This document shows, piece by piece, positions 19,707-28,300 of a stretch of 64,000 nucleotides of DNA. The translations under genes were made by a program, and so were the position numbers. Source of the DNA: Hyalangium minutum (lineage in GTDB: Bacteria > Myxococcota > Myxococcia > Myxococcales > Myxococcaceae). A model generated the notes under the pieces. The model ran no database searches, was not told where the DNA came from, and saw only the letters and a list, made by a program, of their open reading frames with translations. Numbering within the stretch: the stretch's first letter is position 1; each line of letters opens with the position of its first letter. The stretch is from the NCBI RefSeq assembly GCF_000737315.1, contig NZ_JMCB01000003.1, positions 868,001 through 932,000 of the forward strand, written 5' to 3'.

Positions 19707-20434
19707 CTCCCGCCCTCGCCCACCGGCCATGGCTGCAACGGCCGCAGCAGTCCTGCCTGGTCCAGCAACTCGTGCACGCGAGCGGCCAGCGAGACGTGCT
19801 CTGAGTTGGAAACGGTGAACCGCTCGGGAGTGAGGATGACGAGCGTCCCCTTATCCTCCACCGGCTCGATGCGCACGGGGGCTGGCAGCGAGGGCACGGT
19901 GCCTCGCAGCCGCGAGAAATACATCACCCAGCCAACGAAGGTGCCCGCCTTCGCTTTCTCCGTCACGCTGTCCCGGTGCGCCTCGGAAGTAGCGACTCCC
20001 CACTCCGGCTCCCAGGCCAGGGCCATCGCGCGCAGCACCTCGGTCATAACGGGAGCGGTGAGCACCCGATCCACAGGGGGCTCCTGCTTGTAGGACTTGA
20101 GCAAGCAGAGGGAGGCAAGCCGACGGTTCGCTGAACCACATCTCCCATCCACGCCGGACGTCTCCTCCAAGGTGTCCCCCGTCCACAGGTGGAAGGACAA
20201 ACTGTCACCCACCTGGTTGTCCTTTTGCGCGAAGAACTTCTGGAAGTTCGCCGCATCGGTTGCGAACGGACGTTGGCGCGCATCCTCGAAGGAGTCCGCA
20301 GGCTCGTACCAACGGGTCCATGCCGGATCGCAGCGCCCCAAGAGGCGGAAGAAGCGCTCCGCGCGTTGTGCGCACACTGAGGCCGCTTCGGGCCGGGCAA
20401 GCCAGTAGGAGCCCACGTAATACGTCTCAATCAT
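19682..20434 (-). CDS. Immunity protein, Imm52 family
   Basis: MIETYYVGSYW..R...WEPEWGVATS...FVGWVMYFSR...EPVEDKGTLVILTPERF; lies directly after the REase toxin. Confidence 0.85.
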   Translation of the reverse strand: MIETYYVGSYWLARPEAASVCAQRAERFFRLLGRCDPAWTRWYEPADSFEDARQRPFATDAANFQKFFAQKDNQVGDSLSFHLWTGDTLEETSGVDGRCGSANRRLASLCLLKSYKQEPPVDRVLTAPVMTEVLRAMALAWEPEWGVATSEAHRDSVTEKAKAGTFVGWVMYFSRLRGTVPSLPAPVRIEPVEDKGTLVILTPERFTVSNSEHVSLAARVHELLDQAGLLRPLQPWPVGEGGSSGLTGEP

Positions 20435-20448
20435 CGGACAGCGGCTCC

Positions 20449-21894
20449 TCACGGGGGCACGGGGGTTGGGGGAAGATGAACGACCTCAATGTCTTCGAAG
20501 CCGTTCGCCTTGAACAGCTTCCTGAGCGCACCTGCGAGTTTCTCTTCCGCGACGATCCACCGGATGGGCGTTTCATCGGCGACTCGCATCTGGCGTTCCG
20601 CCTGTTTCAGCAACCGGTCACGGCCCTTGAAGTTTGGCAAGAAGTCCAGCTTCCGGGTGATCCACTGAGCGTAGCCGGGACCTTTGACCTCGAGCAGAAC
20701 TCCCTGTTCGAAGCCGTCAAAATCCACCTCTTCGTCCCCGACTTTGACGCGGTAGGCGTAGCCCCGGGGTGCCCCCGTCATGTGAGCCTGATAGGTCCGG
20801 GCGCTCTCGGACATGGACTCCTCCACCTGGACCCATTCCCCTGGGCCACCGGAGGTGGGCGGCGCAGCCTGCGCGCCCGTCCCGCCGCCCGAGTTGCCGC
20901 GCGCCGCCATTGCCACCGCGTTGGGGGCCAACACGAGGGTGACTCCCTCAGAGGTGAGGGCCACCGCCTCCACCTGGGCCAGCGCCGGAGCCGTCCAGCG
21001 CAGGCCCAGTTGCGCCTCGGCCGCCACCGCTGCCTGTCCGGCTCCCGGCAATCTCGGCAGCGTGGACGCCATCCCCGAAGCCGTGCTCCCCACGGCTACC
21101 GTGCCCAGCATGACGAAGGCTCGCGCCGCCTTCTCCCCCATCGTGTCCCCGAACCTCTCCCCAGCGGCGTAGATGCCATCGAAGGTGGTGGCCTGATCCA
21201 CTTCCCTCATCAGCACCAGCCACCCGTCAACAAGCCGCCACACCGTGTCCCAACCCAGGTAGGCCATGGCCCCCAGCGTCATCAACGCCGCCACGCCCTT
21301 GCTCACCGGCTCGGGCAGCGCGAGCAGAATCGCGTACAGCGTCAGCCCGCCCACCACCGTGGCCACCACCGCCTGGGGGTCCACCATCCGGGCCAGTTCC
21401 TCCTTCATCGCCCCCAGCACCTTGCTGTGCGCAATCGCCATGGCCAGCGCGTACTTGGCATCCCCATCCAGGAAGGGCCTGTCCACCAGCAGGCGCAGGC
21501 AATCTCCCCCTCCCCACTCCTCACCGCACCACAGCAGGTAGCGGCGCTTGAGTTCCTCGTCCTCGGGCAGCAGGCGCAGGTTCTGGGGGCTCCCCGGCTC
21601 CGACACCATGAGGCGCTGGCTCCGGCCCTCGTACCGGTACCAACCGCTTCGCTCGGGCAGTCCGAACAGCTGCCGGGCGTGCTCCAAGGGCCGCTCCACG
21701 GGAAGCACAAAGGGGGCTTGTTGCGCGACGGCCTTCCTGAACTCCTTCGCGCTGAGGGACACCGGGTCCACGTCGCCGCGCGGCGAATAAACCCGAGGCG
21801 CACCCTGGCCTGTGTCCAAGCGGACCACCGCCTTCATTGAGGCGCTGCACCCCGAGAACACCACGAACAGCAGCACCACCACCAAGCGCGGCAT
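20449..21894 (-). CDS. Lipoprotein polymorphic toxin with Tox-REase-5 C-terminus (SitA5-like)
   Basis: Lipobox FSGC, VVRLDTGQG N-terminus, and C-terminal VDFDGF..GVLLEVKGPGY...QAERQ...PIRWIVAE; GGAGG RBS before ATG 21894. Confidence 0.85.
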   Translation of the reverse strand: MPRLVVVLLFVVFSGCSASMKAVVRLDTGQGAPRVYSPRGDVDPVSLSAKEFRKAVAQQAPFVLPVERPLEHARQLFGLPERSGWYRYEGRSQRLMVSEPGSPQNLRLLPEDEELKRRYLLWCGEEWGGGDCLRLLVDRPFLDGDAKYALAMAIAHSKVLGAMKEELARMVDPQAVVATVVGGLTLYAILLALPEPVSKGVAALMTLGAMAYLGWDTVWRLVDGWLVLMREVDQATTFDGIYAAGERFGDTMGEKAARAFVMLGTVAVGSTASGMASTLPRLPGAGQAAVAAEAQLGLRWTAPALAQVEAVALTSEGVTLVLAPNAVAMAARGNSGGGTGAQAAPPTSGGPGEWVQVEESMSESARTYQAHMTGAPRGYAYRVKVGDEEVDFDGFEQGVLLEVKGPGYAQWITRKLDFLPNFKGRDRLLKQAERQMRVADETPIRWIVAEEKLAGALRKLFKANGFEDIEVVHLPPTPVPP

Positions 21895-21929
21895 GGGCAG
21901 CCTCCGGAGCATGGCTCCCGCGCCGGGAG

Positions 21930-22321
21930 CCCCCCGAGATTAAAGCGCGCGAGGAGATGTGCCGCGAGCACTGGAACCGGTGCATCGAGCATGGTGGCGA
22001 ATACGAGAGGCGCGGGCAATACGGCCAGACCCTCTGCCGTTCCTGCTGGCAAACCTGCAAAGCGAATGGGTTCTGGCCCGATCAGGTCAACGACATTCCG
22101 TGTTTGGGGGGCTAGGCGTGGGTCGCTCTCGGAGAGCATGGTGGCGCGCTGTCGCGGAGGCGCGCGAGTGGCTCACGCTGGACCTGAGCTACGCGGACGC
22201 GCCCTTCGAGGTGATCGTCGCCGTCCCCAAGGATCTCGAGCGGCAACAAATGCTCGACAGCATTGAGCACGCCCGGCGCGTAGCCCTTCGATGTCTTCCA
22301 CACAGGGAGACGGGCCCCTAG
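21930..22321 (+). pseudogene. Remnant: Cys-rich toxin-like C-terminal fragment plus a short downstream ORF
   Basis: CREHWNRCIE...LCRSCWQTCKANGFWPDQVNDIPCLGG* (stop 22115) has no start of its own; a GTG ORF follows at 22118-22321. Confidence 0.55.
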
Positions 22322-23307
22322 CCCACTGTTCCCCGCCGCTGATCGCGCCGGTATGTGCCAGGAGCCGTCCCTCCCCAACGCTTGAAGGCCCGGTTGAACG
22401 AGGCCTCGCTGCTGTACCCCACGTACTCGGCCACCTCGCTCAGCGGCACGTGGCTCTCGCGCAGCAGCTGCGCCGCCTTCGTCATTCTCCACCGCGCCAG
22501 GTACTCCAGGGGCGGCTCTCCCACGAGCGCCGTGAAGCGCGCGGCGAACCCGGACCTCGAGAGCGCCACTGCCGCCGCCAGGCTCTCCACCGTCCACGGC
22601 TCCGCGGACCGCTCGTGAAGCAGCGCGAGCGCCTTGCCAATCTGCGGATCCACCAGCGCCCGCAGCCCGTGCTCCTCGCACTTCCCTCCCGCCACGTGCG
22701 CCCGAAGCGCCTGCACCAACAAGATGTCCGCCAGCCGGCTCATGATCACCGTCGCTCCCGGGCTGTTCGACGCGCTCTCCGCCAGCAGCAACTGTACGGT
22801 CGGCGCCAGCGAGCCCGCCGTTACCGGATCATCCGCGGTGATGTGGATGAGCGGCGGCAGTGCATTGAACAGCGGCGTCTGAGGCTCGACCCCAAACCGG
22901 AACGAGGCCGCTACCAAGGACGTGCGCGCCCCCTCCCCACCCAGCCGTATCGGCCCCACCCCCCGGGCCCGCTTGCACTCGCCCTGCCCCAGCACATGCA
23001 ACGGGCTCCCCGCCGTATCGCGCAGCGTGTGCCCCCCGCCATGCGGAAGCAGCGCTAAGTCCCCGGCCGACAGGACGACGCCTCCCTCGCGCCCCTCGAC
23101 CTCCAAGCGAGCACCACCGCGCGCAATCAGAACAATGTGAGCCCCCGGGCGCTGCGGGAACTGAATTCCCCACGGCGCATACAGCTCGAAGCGGCCATAC
23201 ATGTGCGTGGACAGCCGCATCGTGTCCAGCACCTCCGCCAGTACATCCGCAGGCTGCCCGTCCGGCTCGGCTGGACGATCGGTCAATTCTTTTGGACTGG
23301 GTGACAT
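22318..23307 (-). CDS. AraC-family regulator (cupin plus HTH)
   Basis: DVLAEVLDTMRL, WTVESLAAAVALSRSGFAARF and VGYSSEASFNRAFKR. Confidence 0.92.
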   Translation of the reverse strand: MSPSPKELTDRPAEPDGQPADVLAEVLDTMRLSTHMYGRFELYAPWGIQFPQRPGAHIVLIARGGARLEVEGREGGVVLSAGDLALLPHGGGHTLRDTAGSPLHVLGQGECKRARGVGPIRLGGEGARTSLVAASFRFGVEPQTPLFNALPPLIHITADDPVTAGSLAPTVQLLLAESASNSPGATVIMSRLADILLVQALRAHVAGGKCEEHGLRALVDPQIGKALALLHERSAEPWTVESLAAAVALSRSGFAARFTALVGEPPLEYLARWRMTKAAQLLRESHVPLSEVAEYVGYSSEASFNRAFKRWGGTAPGTYRRDQRRGTVG

Positions 23308-23341
23308 GGCACGTCCATATCGGCCTGGGTATTTCCTGGCC

Positions 23342-24430
23342 ATGACAAACATCTCGCACCTGTTCACTCCGTACCGACTGGGCCGCTTCGAGCTAAAGAA
23401 CCGCCTGGTCATGGCCCCCATGACTCGCAGCCGCGCCTCGGCGGAGGGCAACGTCCCCAGCCCGCTCGCCCCGGACTACTACGCACAGCGCGCCTCGGCC
23501 GGGCTCCTCATCACCGAGGCGACCCAGGTCAGCCCTCAAGGCGTAGGCTACATCCGCACGCCCGGCATGCACTCGCCCGAGCAAGTGGCCGGCTGGCGCA
23601 AGGTGACGGACGCCGTCCACGCGGCGGGCAGCCTCATCTTCGCCCAGCTTTGGCATGTCGGGCGCGTCTCGCACCCTGACTTCCATGACGGCCGACTGCC
23701 AGTGGCGCCCTCGGCCATCGGTTACGGGGGGTTTGCCTTCACGTTCCAAGGCCGCAAGCCCACGGTGACGCCGCGAGCGCTCGAGACCGAGGAGCTCCCC
23801 GGCGTCGTCGAGCAATTCCGGAGCGCGGCCCAGAACGCCCTGGAAGCGGGCTTCGATGGCGTGGAGCTGCACGGCAGCAACGGCTACCTGCTGGATCAGT
23901 TCCTGCGCGATAGCTCCAACCAGCGCACGGACGCGTACGGAGGCAGCATCGAGAACCGGGCGCGCTTCCCGCTGGAGGTGACCCGGGCCGTGGCGAGCGT
24001 CTGGGGCGCGGAGCGAGTGGGCTACCGGCTCTCGCCTCAGCCGTACGCGTACGGAGGCATGTGGGACTCGACCCCGGCAGACACCTTCAGCTACATGGCC
24101 CGCGAGCTGAGCCGGCTGGGGCTGGGCTACCTGCACGTGACGGAGCACGTATCGGGCAAGGAAGTGCCGAGCCCGGAGCAGCGCATCACCCCGCTCTTGC
24201 GCAAGGCGTTCCACGGCACCTTCATCGTCAACGGCAGCTATGACGCCCAGGCGGGCGAGGCGGCGCTCTCCCGGGGTGAGGCGGATCTGGTGGCTTACGG
24301 CGTGCCGTTCCTCGCCAACCCGGATCTGCCGGAGCGCTTCCGCCAGCAGGCCGTGCTCAACCCTCCGGACACCTCCACCTTCTTCACCGGCGAGGAGAAG
24401 GGCTACACGGACTATCCGGCGCTGCACTGA
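23342..24430 (+). CDS. Old Yellow Enzyme / alkene reductase (NemA-like)
   Basis: KNRLVMAPMTRSRA, QLWHVGRVSH and FDGVELHGSNGYLLDQFL. Confidence 0.93.
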   Translation: MTNISHLFTPYRLGRFELKNRLVMAPMTRSRASAEGNVPSPLAPDYYAQRASAGLLITEATQVSPQGVGYIRTPGMHSPEQVAGWRKVTDAVHAAGSLIFAQLWHVGRVSHPDFHDGRLPVAPSAIGYGGFAFTFQGRKPTVTPRALETEELPGVVEQFRSAAQNALEAGFDGVELHGSNGYLLDQFLRDSSNQRTDAYGGSIENRARFPLEVTRAVASVWGAERVGYRLSPQPYAYGGMWDSTPADTFSYMARELSRLGLGYLHVTEHVSGKEVPSPEQRITPLLRKAFHGTFIVNGSYDAQAGEAALSRGEADLVAYGVPFLANPDLPERFRQQAVLNPPDTSTFFTGEEKGYTDYPALH

Positions 24431-24478
24431 GCCGGACGTGGCATCCTGCGGCAGCGAAGCAGTGCAAGGAGCGGCCCC

Positions 24479-25375
24479 ATGTCGACGGACCCGGAGTTGG
24501 AACTGGTGATGCTGGCCCGGAGCGCGGAGCTCCCCGGAGGGCTGCACGTGCGCCGGGCCATTCCACAGGCCCAGCGGCGGATGGTGGGGCCGTTCGTCTT
24601 CGTGGATCAGATGGGACCGGCGGAGTACCCGGCGGACCGGGAGGTGACGATCCTCGCCCACCCGCACATCGGGCTGTCGACGGTGACCTACCTCTTCGAG
24701 GGCGAGGGCGTGCACCGGGACAGCCTCGGGACGGAGCAGAAGATCCTCCCGGGTGAGGTGAACTGGATGACGGCGGGCCAGGGGATCGTCCACTCGGAGC
24801 GGACGCGGGCGGGCGGCTCGGGGCGGATGTTCGGCATCCAGACGTGGGTGGCGCTCCCGAAGCACCTGGAGGAGTGCGCGCCCACCTTCGAGCATTATGA
24901 CGCGAGCGCCGTGCCACTCTTGGAGGAAGGCGGCGTCACCACCCGGCTGATCGCGGGCTCGCTGTTCGGGGCCCGCTCCCAGGTGAGGACCTCCTCCCCG
25001 CTCTTCTACGCCGAGGTCCTGTTCGAGGCGGGGGCGGTGCTGCAGCTGCGCCCCGAGTACGACGAGCGGGCCGCCTTCGTGGTGGAGGGCGCGGTGACGC
25101 TGACCGAGACGACGCTGCGGGCCGGCGAGATCGCCTTCTTCCACCGGGGCACGGAGGTGCTGCTGCGCGCCGAGGAGCCCACCCGGCTGCTGCTGCTGGG
25201 AGGCGAGCCGCTGGAGGGCCCGCGCTACATCTCGTGGAACTTCGTCTCCAGCTCGAAGGATCGGCTCAAGCAGGCGTCCAGCGACTGGCGCCACCAGCGC
25301 TTCGCGCGCATCCCCGGGGAGACGCAGTACATCCCGCTCCCCGAGGACGGCGATACACCGGTCAACTATCCCTGA
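24479..25375 (+). CDS. Pirin family protein
   Basis: VGPFVFVDQMG, HPHIGLSTVTYLFEG, WMTAGQGIVHSE and GIQTWVALP. Confidence 0.93.
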   Translation: MSTDPELELVMLARSAELPGGLHVRRAIPQAQRRMVGPFVFVDQMGPAEYPADREVTILAHPHIGLSTVTYLFEGEGVHRDSLGTEQKILPGEVNWMTAGQGIVHSERTRAGGSGRMFGIQTWVALPKHLEECAPTFEHYDASAVPLLEEGGVTTRLIAGSLFGARSQVRTSSPLFYAEVLFEAGAVLQLRPEYDERAAFVVEGAVTLTETTLRAGEIAFFHRGTEVLLRAEEPTRLLLLGGEPLEGPRYISWNFVSSSKDRLKQASSDWRHQRFARIPGETQYIPLPEDGDTPVNYP

Positions 25376-28300
25376 CGGCGCCCACGGAGAGCCCATGCCA
25401 GAGCCATCAAGGCCCATGAAAGAGGAAGGACAGGGGCGGTAGCGCAACTCCAGCCGTAATGGCTCATGGGGATGATGAATGCGTACTCAGCGGAGGGTTG
25501 GCTGGTATTGCTGGCTTCATCCGTGGCAGTGGCCACGACCAGGTGGCGGCCTCCTGCCAGCGCCGTGTCGACGTTGACACTCCAGTTTCCCGCCTCATCC
25601 GCTGGGACCGTCCCCACCCAAAGACCATCCAGCCACACATTCACAGTGCTCTTTGCCTCCGCCGTCCCCCCCAGAGTGGGCTTCGGGGTGTTGACGATGG
25701 AGCTTGGCAATCCCACCTCGGGTGCATCGGGCTTCTGGGTGTCGACGGTAAAGGGATGAGCCGTAGAGAGAGCACTGATATTGCCCACGGCATCGGTGGC
25801 CATCGCTGTAACCAGATGCGGTCCATCGAACAACTCCGCCCCCGGAGTGAAGCGCCAACTCCCCGTGGCATCTGTCATGGCGATGCCTGCATCCGTCTCA
25901 TCCAGCCGCACCGTCACCATGCTTCCCACCTCCGCTCTCCCTTCAATGAGAGGTATCCGTGTGTTGACGAGTGCTCCAGGCGCCGTCACTTCGGGCGCCT
26001 CGGGTGCCAGAGAGTCGATCGTGAAGGTACGGACCCTGGTAGAACTGACATTGTTGGCTTTATCGGTGGCAGTCACCTCGGCGACGTGGAGTCCCTCGAT
26101 CAACGGAGTCTCAAGGGTCACGCTCCAGAATCCCGTCGCGTCTGCCTGAATGGTCCAAACCTCTTGCCCATCCATCCGTACCGCCACGGTGCTATTGGCC
26201 TCCGCCGTGCCAGCAATGGTGGGCTTCAGGGTATTGATAAGCTCCCCAGGAGAACTCACCTCAGGTGCGTCTGGCCGCACGGTGTCGACTGTGACGAGGT
26301 GGGTTTTGGAGAGGCTGACATTGCCCACTTCGTCCGTGGCGGTGAGCTCGGTTTGGAGGTGTCCATCGGAGAGAGCCGTGGAAGGAATGAAGCTCCAGGC
26401 TCCATCTTCATCGGTGCTGGCTGTCCCCAGCACGGTGCTTCCCAGCCACAACGTCACCGTGCTCCGGGCCTCCGCCAGCCCCCTGTAAGTCGGCCGGTTG
26501 TCGTTGATGGTGGAGCCGTTGTTCGGTGTGAGCACCACTGGGGACGATGGCGGCACGGTGTCCACGATGAACGTGTAGGCGATGGATTCGGCGCTGGTAT
26601 TGCCCCCGGCATCCGTCGCTTGCACCTTCACCGTGTGGACGCCGTCCGCCAGCACCGCTGGCTGCGTGCAGTTCCACTCTCCCGAGGCATTGGCCACCCG
26701 AGTCCCCACGGCCACGCCATCCACCATCACCTTGACGGTGCCGCCCGCCTCCACGGTCCCTTGATAGATCGGCCGATTGTCTTTGATGGTGGAGCCGTTG
26801 GCCGGCTCGAGCACCTGCGGGGCTCCGGGTGGCTGCGTGTCCACTGTGAACGTGTAGGGCATGGACGCAGCGCTGGTATTGCCCGCGGAATCTGTCGCGT
26901 ACGCTTTCACCGTGTGCTCCCCCTCCGACAGCACCGTGGGCTGCGTGAAGTTCCATATCCCCGAGCCATTGACCCCCGCCGTCCCCAACACTGTGGTCCC
27001 CAGCCACAACGTCACCGTGCTCCGGGCCTCCGCCAGCCCCCTGTAAGTCGGCCGGTTGTCGTTGATGGTGGAGCCGTTGTTCGGTGTGAGCACCACTGGG
27101 GACGATGGCGGCACGGTGTCCACGATGAACGTGTAGGCGATGGATTCGGCGCTGGTATTGCCCCCGGCATCCGTCGCTTGCACCTTCACCGTGTGGACGC
27201 CGTCCGCCAGCGCCGCTGGCTGCGTGCAACTCCACTCTCCCGAAGCATTGGCCACCCGATTCCCCACGGCCACGCCATCCACCATCACCCTGACGGTGCT
27301 GCCCGCCTCCACGGTCCCTTGATAGATCGGCCGATTGTCTTTGATGGTGGAGCCGTTGGCCGGCTCGAGCACCTGCGGGGCTCCGGGTGGCTGCGTGTCC
27401 ACTGTGAATGCATAGGGAGTGGACTCGAAGCTGATGGTGCCCGCGGAGTCTGTCGCGTACGCTTTCACCGTGTGAATCCCATCCGTCAGCACCGTGGGCT
27501 GCGTGAAATTCCACTCTCCAGAGCCATTGACCCCCGCAGTCCCTCGGGCTGTGCCATCCACCACCACCGTGACGGTGCTGCCCAATTCTGCCGTGCCGCT
27601 GTAGAACGGACGGTTGTTGTTGAGCGTGGAGCCGTTGATGGGCGTGAGCACTGTCGGGCTCGTTGGGTCAATCACCTCCATGCTGGAGAGGGCGCCCCCG
27701 GAGCCAAAGCCCCCGGTCACCAACACCTTGCCAGAGTCCAATAACGTCGCCGTGTGGTATACGCGTGCGGCGCTCAAAGGGTTCGTGGTGCTCCAGTTCC
27801 CTGTGGTCGGGTCGTACAGTTCCATGCGGTCGAAGTAGGCACTGGAGCCCTCGCCACCGATGACCAGGACCTTGCCGGAGGCCAACAACGTCGCTGTGTG
27901 ATCAGCACGCGCCAAGGACAGGGAGTTCGTAGTGCTCCGGTTCCCCGTGTCGGGATCGTACAGCTCTGCATGGGCGAGATAGCCGCTGGTGCCATGGCCC
28001 CCAATGACCAGCACCCTGCCGGAGGCCAACAACGTCGCCGTGTGGGCCATGCGAGCCTTGGCCATCTCACCCGCGCTGCTCCACGTTCCCGAGGCGGGGT
28101 CGTACAGTTCCATGCTGGTGAGAACACCCCTGGAGCTATCGCCCCCGATGACCAGCACCTTGCCGGAGGACAGCAGCGTCGCCGTGTGAGTATCACGGGC
28201 CGTCATCATTCTTCCCGTGGTGCTCCAGGTCCCCGTGTCGGGGTCATACAGCTCCGCAGTGGCCAGATAGCCGCTGGGACCGTACCCCCCGGTGACTAGA

